DNA of 52,348 nucleotides from an uncultured Chlamydiae bacterium (GTDB lineage: Bacteria > Chlamydiota > Chlamydiia > Chlamydiales > Parachlamydiaceae). Shown here one piece after another: positions 42,792 to 52,348 of this stretch (the first letter of the stretch is position 1; the number at the start of each line of letters is the position of its first letter). The notes below the pieces were generated by a model. The model was not told the DNA's origin. It was given only the letters and a program-made list of their open reading frames with translations, and did not search any database. The DNA is taken from NCBI GenBank assembly GCA_963830365.1, contig CAWHMU010000004.1, positions 1 through 52,348 on the forward strand. The letters are read 5' to 3'. The position numbers and the translations under genes were made by a program.

Positions 42792-44303
42792 TTAGGTGGG
42801 ATGTGTGTGATCGATCAGTTTTTTATAAATCTCCAGATATTCATTGGCAGGCAGATTCCAGCTGAAATCGATATTCATGCCATTAATCATCAGTTTGCGC
42901 CACTTATCAGGATCATGGAACCAGCAATCGATAGCGCGCGCCAAGGCAGATTCGACACCGACATTATCAGGAAAGTCAAACGTATAGCCATTGGTTTGAG
43001 CAAAAGGCTTGTCTGAATAGTCGACATCAAAAATGGTGTCTGCCAAGCCGCCTGTTTTACGTACGATAGGGATGGCTCCATATTTAAGGGCGATCATTTG
43101 TGTCAGGCCGCAAGGTTCGAAAATCGATGGTACAATAAACATATCTGAGGCGGCAAAAATCATATGTGCCGTCTGCTCGTGATGATGCAGCGTCAGGCTG
43201 ACATCGGAGTGGTTGGCGTACTGGTTTTTAAGGGCATGGAATTCGGCATTGATAGCCGGGATAGGGCTGCTGCCGAGCAGGACGAATTGGCCGCCGCGAG
43301 CAAGAGTGTATTTGAGCGAATGTTTTATCATCTCGATGCCTTTTTGCGGCACAAGCCGCGTGATGCATCCCACAATGGGTTTGTGGTCTTCGGAAAGGAA
43401 AAGCTGTTCGCGCAACATCTTTTTAACATAGGCTTTTTGGTCGATGGTATTGCGGTCTTTCTTATTGGTTGGCATTTCGCGCGCGGAATAGTGCACCGGC
43501 AGATAGCGGTCTACTTCCGGATTCCAATAGGAGTAGTCGATGCCATTGAGAATGCCGCTGAATTTATGCTGGTATTTAACGAAGATCTTATCCAGGCCAC
43601 GGCCGCCGATGGGTGTTTTTACTTCTTTGGCATAATTAGGGGATACGGTCGTCACATAATCGGCATAGACGATGGCGCCTTGCATCAGATTGATCGATTT
43701 TGGGTTTTGGGGATCCTGTAATTTTTCCGGGTTCAGCAGGGCTGCGCCATTAAGTCCGATACGATCAAGATCGCTGCTGCTGCATTTACCTTGATATTCG
43801 ACATTATGAATGGTGAAGACTAGTTTTGGGCGCGCATAGCCGAGGGGTTTGTACATTTCGTAATAGAGGGGAGCGATGACGGCTGTTTGCCAATCGTGCA
43901 GATGGATGATATCGGGCTGCAATTGCTTTTTAAATAAAAATTCCATCGCCGTGCGGCAGAAATAGAGGTAGCGTTCGATATCATCTTCGCAGCCATAGAA
44001 ACAGCCGCGGTTGAAGAAATGGCGCGGATGATGAGGGTCGATGAAATATACCTTGATATTTTCGACCCAGCCTACCCAGACGGTATTGTGATGCCATTCG
44101 CCTTCGTAAAAGGACATGAGGTCTATATAGTCGATGCTTAGATCGCGGATCTCATTCGTATCCATGCAATCATATTTAGGAATGATGATATCGACATCAA
44201 GTCCTTTCCATGACTGCTCACGAGAAAGTCCGAGCAAAACATCAGCCAGGCCGCCGACCTTTGCTAAAGGAGCGAGTTCTGAGGCGATATGTATGATATG
44301 CAT
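42792..44303 (-). CDS. glgA: glycogen synthase
   Basis: ASELAPLAKVGGLADV, IHLHDWQT, FTIHN, GILNGID, PSIFEPCGLTQM. Confidence 0.97.
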   Translation of the reverse strand: MHIIHIASELAPLAKVGGLADVLLGLSREQSWKGLDVDIIIPKYDCMDTNEIRDLSIDYIDLMSFYEGEWHHNTVWVGWVENIKVYFIDPHHPRHFFNRGCFYGCEDDIERYLYFCRTAMEFLFKKQLQPDIIHLHDWQTAVIAPLYYEMYKPLGYARPKLVFTIHNVEYQGKCSSSDLDRIGLNGAALLNPEKLQDPQNPKSINLMQGAIVYADYVTTVSPNYAKEVKTPIGGRGLDKIFVKYQHKFSGILNGIDYSYWNPEVDRYLPVHYSAREMPTNKKDRNTIDQKAYVKKMLREQLFLSEDHKPIVGCITRLVPQKGIEMIKHSLKYTLARGGQFVLLGSSPIPAINAEFHALKNQYANHSDVSLTLHHHEQTAHMIFAASDMFIVPSIFEPCGLTQMIALKYGAIPIVRKTGGLADTIFDVDYSDKPFAQTNGYTFDFPDNVGVESALARAIDCWFHDPDKWRKLMINGMNIDFSWNLPANEYLEIYKKLIDHTHPT

Positions 44304-44507
44304 GCAAACACCTTATAAGCGTTTTAAAGGTATGGTTCATTTTTTTTTGATGATACATAAAATTCAGATGATAATCGAGAAAAAGAAGAAGAAAAATAAC
44401 ATCATTTTAGGATGGTTGGGCTAAAAAACCGCCATAAAAAAAAGAGTAGTGGTTTTATGCCCATGAACCCGCTGATCCAGCATGCTGGTATTTTTTTCAT
44501 GAGTGTC

Positions 44508-44593
44508 ATACTACGCGCGGCTAGGCTGTGGGTATTTCAACCGCGGGAGCTTTCGCGTAGCCGAAATGTGCAAAACCTAACCGCGCGTAGTAT
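44508..44593. repeat. 18-bp inverted repeat hairpin
   Basis: ATACTACGCGCGGCTAGG / CCTAACCGCGCGTAGTAT. Confidence 0.75.
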
Positions 44594-44740
44594 AACTGCT
44601 TTTGATCCTGCCCATTTTCGTATGCGACCATCCTAATATGGCCTGAATTTTGTGGGAATTTGCCGTTTTTGAAGGCCTAATAAATCTATTCAATTACAAA
44701 ACCTCTACTCAAAAGTATATGAAGAAACAATGTATTTGCT

Positions 44741-45284
44741 GGCTCATCACACAAATGAGTACCTCGCCTTATGTAAATTAATCGAGGTCGTTGCAAATAA
44801 TGCATCATAAAAATCCGCAAATTGCATGTTCGCTCCTGTGAAGGTAGGATTTAAGCCAGTACTGCCATATAAGCGACAGGGCGCAAGCCATGAGAACATT
44901 TTTAAAGCCTCGCTAGAGGCGGAAGCATGTAGCCACATGCGTCAGCGTGTGGTTATCGCGTGTTTAGAAACAAAGCCGTTAATACGGCGACAGCAATGAC
45001 TAAAGGATATTATATGGTGTAATAATCGCATTTAATTCAACTTCCCTCGAAGTTGCTGTCGCCGTATTCACGGCTCACTTTTTGCTACATTTCATTCTAT
45101 AGGTTGACACCTATGGCTACATGCTTCCGCCTCTATCGAGGCTAACTAGACCTTCTGTGCTAGAATGTCGATTTGTTTCAAAGAGAACTTTACAAATATA
45201 TTGTTAATTCTCGTTTTTCAACCAGCCATTATTGAGTCTTTTTAACGAATCCTCTCGGACAGGTACGCGATTGTGCGATGAACC
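44741..45284 (+). mobile_element. ~545-bp triple-nested inverted-repeat element, copy A
   Basis: 24-bp TIRs (left one degenerate), 30-bp middle IR, 23-bp inner IR; near-identical to copy B. Confidence 0.8.
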
Positions 45285-45289
45285 TTTTT

Positions 45290-45834
45290 GGTTCATCGCA
45301 CAATCGCGTACCTCGCCTTATGTAAATTAATCGAGGTCGTTGCAAATAATGCATCATAAAAATCCACAAATTGCATGTTCGCTCCTGTGAAGGTAGGAGT
45401 TGAGCCAGTACTGCCATATAAGCGACAGGGCGCAAGCCATGAGAACATTTTTAAAGCCTCGATAGAGGCGGAAGCATGTAGCCACATGCGTCAGCGTGTG
45501 GTCATCACATGTTTAGAAACAAAGCCGTGAATACGGCGACAGCAATGACTAAAGGATATTATATGGTGTAATAATCGCATTTAATTCAACCTCCCTCGAA
45601 GTTGCTGTCGCCGTATTCACGGCTCACTTTTTGCTACATTTCATTCCATAGGTTGACACCTATGGCTACATGCTTCCGCCTCTATCGAGGCTAACTAGAT
45701 CTTCTGTGCTAGAATGTCGATTTGTTTCAAAGAGAACCCCACAAATATATTGTTAATTCTCGTTTTCCAACCAGCCATTAATTAAGTCTTTTTAACGAAT
45801 CCTCTCAGACAGGTACGCGATTGTGCGATGAACC
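45290..45834 (+). mobile_element. ~545-bp triple-nested inverted-repeat element, copy B
   Basis: Perfect TIR GGTTCATCGCACAATCGCGTACCT/AGGTACGCGATTGTGCGATGAACC; middle IR 45455-45484/45663-45692; inner IR 45523-45545/45602-45624. Confidence 0.85.
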
Positions 45835-46673
45835 GTTTTTTTTATAATTTTTTTGTGCGTATGAACCGTTTTATTGCATGTTGTCCTTTTTTAAGCTGCT
45901 GTTGGCCGCAATCCTCTCTTCAGGAAATACCAGCACAGGCTGACGTTTCTGAGACTCTGCAAACTATACCTAGACCGGCAAAAACCAAAAGTGATGATTC
46001 AGCTGATGAGTGTTTAAGAGATACTGGTTCACCTCAGCAGTCCCCGCCATCTTTAACGCGTAGTTGCTTGCCCAATACCATCTCTGACGAATCATGCTTG
46101 AGCATTCAGACTCAAGAAAGCAAATCATCGATGCAGGTTGACAGGTCTTTAGCATTAAAGCCATCAGCTTGCCAGGCTCTTATGTCAAGCGATCGCCCTG
46201 TTAACAGCAACAGTAACCCCGCAAACCTGTCTCCCAAACTCAATACATCAAGTATAAAAGTCCATCCAAGCCATAGGCCCCGACTTAAATATGTTTGGTC
46301 GACGTGTCCAACCGAAATCGATTCCCGTTCTTTTAGAAGCACCCATGAGCTTGGATCGGAAAGCCAGCTTCCCGATCAAAAAGGTGCAGCAGTTTGCGGT
46401 TGGCTGAATCGCGGAAATGGTATACTGGCTCTTCTACAAAATTATCGTAAAGTTCCACTGCCGATTGATGAGGGTGGTGAATTCGATAATTCCACAGCTA
46501 GCAAGACGCTGGATTTGAAACAAGCTGACAAGCAGCTGCCACGGAGCGACCCCGCAATCTCCTGCACCGATTTGGCCACCAGCTCCTTAACGTCACTTGA
46601 CAGCAAGATGATATTGCCTTCAGATGACAGGCAATCCAACCATTCTAATATAGATGCTGATAACGCGAATTAG
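45828..46673 (+). CDS. Ser-rich, likely disordered hypothetical protein
   Basis: 281-aa ORF; first ATG lies in the element TIR; no recognised domain. Confidence 0.55.
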   Translation: MNRFFYNFFVRMNRFIACCPFLSCCWPQSSLQEIPAQADVSETLQTIPRPAKTKSDDSADECLRDTGSPQQSPPSLTRSCLPNTISDESCLSIQTQESKSSMQVDRSLALKPSACQALMSSDRPVNSNSNPANLSPKLNTSSIKVHPSHRPRLKYVWSTCPTEIDSRSFRSTHELGSESQLPDQKGAAVCGWLNRGNGILALLQNYRKVPLPIDEGGEFDNSTASKTLDLKQADKQLPRSDPAISCTDLATSSLTSLDSKMILPSDDRQSNHSNIDADNAN

Positions 46674-46775
46674 GATGTCGATTTTATTTTTTGCGTTTTA
46701 AAGCTATTTTGTTTACAATCATTCCATTAATACTATGATATATTGTCAAATTGCGATTCGGAACATGAGAAAAGT

Positions 46776-47774
46776 ATGAAAAGAGACATTCAGGCGCGAA
46801 TTATTGCATTGGGAGTCAATCTGCCACAGCGTATTTTGACAAATCAAGATTTGGAGAAAATTGTCGATACCACCGATGAATGGATAACCTCGCGCACAGG
46901 CATCAAAGAGCGCAGGATTGCTGCGGCCGATGAATTCACGTCGACGATGGGGACAGCCGCGGCCAAAGAAGCCCTTGCTAAAGCCGGCCTGACAGTCAAC
47001 GATATCGATTTTATCCTGCTGGCCACATTGACCCCTGACTATATCGCCAACAATACCGCCGCCCTGGTGCAGGCACAACTGGGCGCGCCAAACATCCCTG
47101 CCGTAGATATCCAGGCGGCCTGTTCGGGTTTTATTTACGCCCTTTCCATGGCCAAGGCTTTTGTTGAATCGGGCATGTATCACCACGTGTTGGTGGTGGC
47201 ATCTGAGAAGATGAGCACTTATGTGGATTATGCCGATCGCGGTACAAGTATCTTATTCGGCGATGGGGCAGCTGCGGCCATCGTCTGTGCCGAAGGGGAG
47301 GGGTTGTCTATCGATGGCGTGTCGCTGGGTGCCGACGGGGAGTATGCCGAAATCGTCTATATTCCGGCCGGCGGAGTGCGCCGGCCGTCCACCAACGAAA
47401 CGATCGAGACCAAGCAGCATTGCTTCAAGATGCAGGGTAAAGAAGTCTTTAAGCAGGCCGTAAGGTGTATGAATGCGGCCGCCAAAGAATGCATGGCGAA
47501 ACTGAATTTAACCGATGCCGACATCAGTTGGATTGTGCCTCATCAGGCAAACTTACGCATCATTGATGCTGTGGCCAAAAATTTTAATATTGCTGCTGAG
47601 CGGGTGTATAAGACGGTCCATAAATATGGCAACACCTCGGCCTCCAGTATCCCGCTTGCGCTCGATGAAATGATGGCCGCCCATACCTTAGCGCAAGGGG
47701 AGCGCATTTTGCTGGTGGCTTTTGGGGCTGGCTTGACATGGGGCGCGGCTGTTTTGACAAAAGTAATGAAATAA
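46776..47774 (+). CDS. fabH: 3-oxoacyl-ACP synthase III
   Basis: WITSRTGIKERR, AACSGF, ILFGDGA, PHQAN, GNTSASSIP, AFGAGLTWG. Confidence 0.97.
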   Translation: MKRDIQARIIALGVNLPQRILTNQDLEKIVDTTDEWITSRTGIKERRIAAADEFTSTMGTAAAKEALAKAGLTVNDIDFILLATLTPDYIANNTAALVQAQLGAPNIPAVDIQAACSGFIYALSMAKAFVESGMYHHVLVVASEKMSTYVDYADRGTSILFGDGAAAAIVCAEGEGLSIDGVSLGADGEYAEIVYIPAGGVRRPSTNETIETKQHCFKMQGKEVFKQAVRCMNAAAKECMAKLNLTDADISWIVPHQANLRIIDAVAKNFNIAAERVYKTVHKYGNTSASSIPLALDEMMAAHTLAQGERILLVAFGAGLTWGAAVLTKVMK

Positions 47775-47790
47775 TATCGATGAGGTGATG

Positions 47791-48750
47791 ATGTCGCAAA
47801 AGTCTAAAATTGCCTTTATATTCCCTGGCCAGGGTGTCCAGTATCCGGGGATGGCCAAAGACTTCTTCGATCATTATGCCATTGCCAGGCAGACGTTTGA
47901 AGAAGCCGATGAGCATTTGCATCGCAAACTGTCTGTTATTGCCTTCGAAGGGCCGGATAAGATCCTTACCGAAACAAAAAATAGCCAACTGGCCATCTAT
48001 ATTGCCAGCGTGGCGGTTTGGCGCGTGATAAACCAGCTATTTCCTGAGCTTGTACCAAACACCTGTGCAGGCTTGAGTCTTGGCGAATATACTGCCCTGA
48101 CGGTATCTGGACGACTATCATTTGAAGATGGACTTAGCCTGGTGGGGCAACGCGGGCAGTTCATGAATGACGCTTGCGAAGCTAAGTCTGGTACGATGGC
48201 GGTCGTCTTGGGGCTTGACGCCGACATGGTAGAAAAGTTGGTAGCGGAAGTCAACCTTCCTGACGACCTATGGGCAGCAAATTTCAACTGTCCAGGACAG
48301 GTAGTACTTTCCGGCACGCTGCGCGGCATTGAAGCCGGCAGTGCCGCGGCCAAAGCCAAGGGGGCCAAGCGAGTGATTATGTTGCAAGTGCATGGCGCCT
48401 TTCATAGCGGTTTGATGCAGCAGGCGGAAGAGCGTTTGGCTCCCTATATTGAAGAAGTGCCGCTTAAAGAAAATGGCTGTGAAATTATCATGAATGTGAC
48501 TGGCGTTCCAGCGCAGGATATAGCTGAAATTCGGCACAACCTAATCAAACAGGTCACGCATGCAGTGCGATGGGAGCAAGGCGTGCGCCATATGATGCAT
48601 GAGGGCATAGATTTGTTTCTTGAGCTTGGCTGTGGCAGCACGTTGGCAGGTTTTAACAAGCGCATTGGTGTGATGTCCCCTACCATAAGTATTGAGACGA
48701 TAAACGATATCAGCGCCTTAGAAGATTTATTGAAGAAGGAGAAAGCATGA
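47791..48750 (+). CDS. fabD: malonyl-CoA:ACP transacylase
   Basis: FPGQG.Q, GLSLGEY, ANFNCPGQVV.SG, GAFHS. Confidence 0.97.
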   Translation: MSQKSKIAFIFPGQGVQYPGMAKDFFDHYAIARQTFEEADEHLHRKLSVIAFEGPDKILTETKNSQLAIYIASVAVWRVINQLFPELVPNTCAGLSLGEYTALTVSGRLSFEDGLSLVGQRGQFMNDACEAKSGTMAVVLGLDADMVEKLVAEVNLPDDLWAANFNCPGQVVLSGTLRGIEAGSAAAKAKGAKRVIMLQVHGAFHSGLMQQAEERLAPYIEEVPLKENGCEIIMNVTGVPAQDIAEIRHNLIKQVTHAVRWEQGVRHMMHEGIDLFLELGCGSTLAGFNKRIGVMSPTISIETINDISALEDLLKKEKA

Positions 48751-49499
48751 ACGAGTTGCTAAAAGGACAAACAGCCATTGTCACAGGTGGCACAGCCGGC
48801 ATCGGCACCGCCATTGCCAGACAATTTGCTACGCAAGGGGCTTATGTGGCCATTTTCGGCACCAACAGCGTGCGCGGGGAACAGGTGGTGGCCGAACTTA
48901 CCGCTCTGCCGCATAGTGCCGGCGCAGCCTTTTACCAGGTCAATGTGGCAAATCTGCAGGACGTTGAGCAAGCTATAAAAAAAATTCAGGAAGAACGTGG
49001 CAATGTCGATATCCTTGTGAACAATGCCGGGATCACGCGTGATCAGCTGCTGATGAAAATGACCGAGGAAGATTGGGATAATGTCATGGCTGTGAATGTC
49101 AAGTCCTGCTATAATACTTGTCGAGTCTTGGTGCGCGCTTTTCTTAGAGCCAAAAAAGGTAAAATAATCAATATGAGTTCTGTCATTGGCTTGACAGGAA
49201 ATGCCGGACAGGTGAATTATGCAGCTTCAAAGGCTGCGATTATTGGCTTGACAAAAGCGTTGGCAAAAGAAGTGGCCGCACGCAATATCCAAGTCAATTG
49301 CATCGCACCTGGATTCATTATCACTCCCATGACCGATGGGATGACGGAAGAACAAAAAAAAGCCACCATGGAGCAAATTCCAATGGGGCGGATGGGAACG
49401 CCGGATGAAATTGCTAAAACGGCCCTGTTTTTGGCAAGTTCGTGGTCCGATTACATCACCGGCCAAGTGATTACTGTTGATGGCGGTATGGTGATGTAA
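48747..49499 (+). CDS. fabG: 3-oxoacyl-ACP reductase
   Basis: [33 protein letters not shown]. Confidence 0.97.
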   Translation: MNELLKGQTAIVTGGTAGIGTAIARQFATQGAYVAIFGTNSVRGEQVVAELTALPHSAGAAFYQVNVANLQDVEQAIKKIQEERGNVDILVNNAGITRDQLLMKMTEEDWDNVMAVNVKSCYNTCRVLVRAFLRAKKGKIINMSSVIGLTGNAGQVNYAASKAAIIGLTKALAKEVAARNIQVNCIAPGFIITPMTDGMTEEQKKATMEQIPMGRMGTPDEIAKTALFLASSWSDYITGQVITVDGGMVM

Positions 49500-49551
49500 G
49501 CAAACCACCGGAAAAAAAATTAATTTAATATTAACGCAAAAGGGAAAATGT

Positions 49552-49791
49552 ATGGCAGTTGAACAAGAAGTAATCGACATCGTTGTCGAGCAACTGGGTG
49601 TAGATAAAGAAGATGTAAGCTTAACGAAGTCCTTCGTTGAAGATCTTAACGCGGACTCTCTTGATCTAACCGAACTAATCATGACTCTCGAAGAGCGTTT
49701 CGGTTGTGAAATTTCAGAAGAAGAAGCCGAAAAATTGCGTACTGTAGGCGATGTCGTCTCCTACATCGAAAAGGTGAAAAGCGCTTCTTAA
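49552..49791 (+). CDS. acpP: acyl carrier protein
   Basis: [14 protein letters not shown]. Confidence 0.98.
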   Translation: MAVEQEVIDIVVEQLGVDKEDVSLTKSFVEDLNADSLDLTELIMTLEERFGCEISEEEAEKLRTVGDVVSYIEKVKSAS

Positions 49792-49837
49792 TTGACCATG
49801 CCGGCCTCTGGCTGGCGGTCTAAATATGTCCTTTATG

Positions 49838-49875
49838 AAAACGCCTGCTTTGGTCACAAAGCAGGCGTTTTTTTT
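49838..49875 (+). terminator. bidirectional intrinsic terminator after acpP
   Basis: AAAACGCCTGCTTTG-GTCA-CAAAGCAGGCGTTTTTTTT. Confidence 0.88.
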
Positions 49876-50026
49876 CATAAGCCTATATTCGGTTTATCCG
49901 ATAAAGCCGGACCTTTGGCAGGTGAAAATAGCAAGTCTTCAGATTTTGGTGAGCCTTAATTATCGGGACGTAGTGAACTGTAAGAAGTATATCCTGACTG
50001 CCCGGCTTTATCCTGTTCTTTTATTT

Positions 50027-50554
50027 GGTTCATCGCACAAATCGAGTACCTATCCGATGATGATTCGTCAAAAAGCCCTAGTAATTGATGGTTGAAATAC
50101 GAGAAGTGATGATCTATTTGTAATGTTCTCTTTGAAACAAATCGACATTCTAGCACAGAAGGTCTAGTTAGCCTCGATAGAGGCGGAAGCATGTAGCCAT
50201 AGGTGTCAACCTATGGAATAAAATGTAGTATAAAGAGAGCCGTGAATACGGCGACAGCAATTTCGATGGAAGCTGAATTAGATGCAATTATTATAGTATA
50301 TACTATCCTTTAGTCATTGCTGCCGCCGTATTCACGGCTTTGTTTCTAAACATGCGATGACCACACGCTGACGCATGTGGCTACATGTTTCCGCCTCTAT
50401 CGTGGCTGTAAAAATGTTCTCATGGCTTGTGCCCTATCTCTTGTATGACAGTGCCAACTCAAATCCTTCCTTCACAGGATCGAACGCGCAATTTGCCATT
50501 ATGTATGATTTATTTAACATCCTCCATTAGTTTACATATGGGGAGGTACGCGAT
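50027..50554 (-). mobile_element. ~545-bp nested element, copy C (inverted; right TIR cut by ISAs1)
   Basis: Reverse-complement match to copies A/B with conserved arms and diverged loops; ends AGGTACGCGAT|CAGGGC. Confidence 0.82.
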
Positions 50555-52348
50555 CAGGGCTTTTTCATTAAAGAAATTTAACACCAAAAATTCCACTCAC
50601 AGCCAGCTCTAAGGCGATTTCGCCATTTTTATTCTCATATATCTAGCCTAATACATAAAAAAACAATTGACTTTATTTATCACGTATATTACAAGGTGTT
50701 TTAAATAAATATATGGTCTAATATGTCGATGAATCTGGTAGATCTACATCTAAACTGGGGTGCATTTACCTCTAAGGGCAAGAAGTATGTCTCCTATAGC
50801 CTTGCTAGATCCATTTGGACAAACGGCTCATGCCGGAAAGAAATCGTACTTAAATTGGGTAAACTCACTAATGAGGAAGTCGTATTCTGGCGTCAGACGC
50901 TGAAAGACGCAAAAAAACGGCGCAAGGCAATTTCTCAGACAGCCCCTAATCCTTCAGGTGACTCCAGTCCTTCACTTGTCGAAGCTAATAAGTTGACAGC
51001 GAATTCTCAGGATCCCGATACTGGAGATCTTCAAATTGCTACGGGGGATTTTGAGGGCGAAAACATGTCAGTAAGAAAGAAATTCATCTACGACGAACAC
51101 GATCAAAATGTCGATATTCACTCTTACGAGGATGCTGTAAAACATGCTTTTGCGGACGTTCAGGATCCGCGCGTCGCAGATAATCTGCAATATCCATTCT
51201 ATGGACTTCTGCTAACGATTCTGGCGGGTATTCTTGCAGGCGCAAAGTCCATCAGTGGTATTTACGAGTATGGAAAGGAAAAAGCTGCCATGTTATGCCC
51301 TTTACTTAATCTCGAACGACACCCTTCCTATACCGCCTTTTGGTGGATCCTGACGCGAACAAACCCTGAAATCTTGAACCAGGCATTCATTAAATGGATT
51401 AAGTTGGTGGCTGACACCTTGGGCGGCACTGAGAAAAAAATCTCTATCGACGGGAAAACTCTGAGAGGTGCCAAAAAGGATCTTGTTCATTACGTGAGCG
51501 GATACGAGTCTGGAAGTGGGCTTCTGCTTGGTCAAGTGAAAACAGAGGAAAAATCCAATGAGATCACGGCAATTCCAGAGTTGCTAAAGGTAATCGATGT
51601 CAAGGATGCGACGGTCACAATTGATGCGATGGGGTGCCAAAAAGGCATTGTAAATGACATCAGGGAGCGCGGAGGGCATTATGTGATTGCCTTAAAAGGA
51701 AACCAAGACACTCTACATGCTGAGGCCCAGAATTTTTTTGATCAAGCCAGAGCAGCTGATTATAAGGGGGCTAAGTGTAAAAAGTATGAAGCGACCAATG
51801 AAGGACACGGCAGGCTAGAGAAGCGAGAGGTGACAATCACCAAAAATCTCAATTGGCTGGATTGTCGAAGTGATTGGCGGGATCTTAAGATGCTGATAGA
51901 AGTGAAATCCACTAGGACGATCAAGGGTAAATCTACAGAAGAACTTCGCTACTACATTTCCAGCAAGGATATGACTGCGAAGATGGCGAACAGCACTGTT
52001 CGCTCACACTGGGGGATTGAGAATAATCTTCATTGGGTTTTAGATGTGTTATTCGGTGATGATATCTCCCGGGCCAATACTGGCCATGCAGCGGAGAATC
52101 TAGGTCTCTTTAGACGGATGGCCTATTGCATTTTAAAACAGGAAACAGTGCAAGGACGCGGTTTGGCATCAAAACAACGCAAGGCAATGTGGAATGATCA
52201 CTATGTGCTTGAACTGTTAAACAAGTTTATCAAGGAAGTGAGCAGCGGGAGCGAGGTTTACCAGCTCGAGTAGACGACTGCCGGCCTAGAGCATCAAGCG
52301 CAGCTTGTACCCGCAGGGGCGGCATGAAGAGTGTAAAGTATTTTTAAT
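50555..52348 (+). mobile_element. ISAs1-family insertion sequence (right end cut by window)
   Basis: Left end CAGGGCTTTTTCATTAAAGAAATTTAACAC; last 18 nt of window match its reverse complement at 14/18. Confidence 0.88.
50723..52273 (+). CDS. ISAs1-family transposase with ~114-aa N-terminal extension
   Basis: DPR, IDGKTLRG, EKSNEITAIPELL, TIDAMGCQK, ALKGNQ, HGRLEKR, RSHWGIENNLHWVLDV. Confidence 0.95.
   Translation: MSMNLVDLHLNWGAFTSKGKKYVSYSLARSIWTNGSCRKEIVLKLGKLTNEEVVFWRQTLKDAKKRRKAISQTAPNPSGDSSPSLVEANKLTANSQDPDTGDLQIATGDFEGENMSVRKKFIYDEHDQNVDIHSYEDAVKHAFADVQDPRVADNLQYPFYGLLLTILAGILAGAKSISGIYEYGKEKAAMLCPLLNLERHPSYTAFWWILTRTNPEILNQAFIKWIKLVADTLGGTEKKISIDGKTLRGAKKDLVHYVSGYESGSGLLLGQVKTEEKSNEITAIPELLKVIDVKDATVTIDAMGCQKGIVNDIRERGGHYVIALKGNQDTLHAEAQNFFDQARAADYKGAKCKKYEATNEGHGRLEKREVTITKNLNWLDCRSDWRDLKMLIEVKSTRTIKGKSTEELRYYISSKDMTAKMANSTVRSHWGIENNLHWVLDVLFGDDISRANTGHAAENLGLFRRMAYCILKQETVQGRGLASKQRKAMWNDHYVLELLNKFIKEVSSGSEVYQLE

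Noticed and set aside
44747..45487. 63/64-aa ORFs (MWLHASAS...) in the nested element
   Set aside because: Copy C equivalent has mostly non-synonymous changes and an earlier stop; no RBS.

Overview
52-kb window from an environmental chlamydia (Parachlamydiaceae-like 16S/23S; chlamydial gene order). It starts inside an rRNA operon (partial 16S, tRNA-less ITS, 23S, 5S) and ends inside the right inverted repeat of an ISAs1 element. Core blocks: DUF3604-rny-CBS/hemolysin-ybeY-two small basic proteins...holC-2x DUF502; yhhQ-tgt; adk; pgsA-glgA; fabH-fabD-fabG-acpP. Accessory genes: a secreted GMC oxidoreductase next to a 9-IPT/TIG surface protein, a large effector-like protein with PP1-docking-like motifs, Inc-like ORFans, a TPR-methyltransferase, YciF, GNAT-like and ATP-grasp enzymes, and a Cys-rich beta-barrel OMP. 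The most unusual structure is non-coding. Many of the larger intergenic gaps hold REP-like inverted-repeat doublets with conserved arms and diverged spacers, often nested. One ~545-bp triple-nested element occurs three times, brackets the fab operon and is hit by ISAs1. A duplicated 5S 3' end supplies the C-terminus and stop codon of a membrane protein. All calls are by eye, without database searches.
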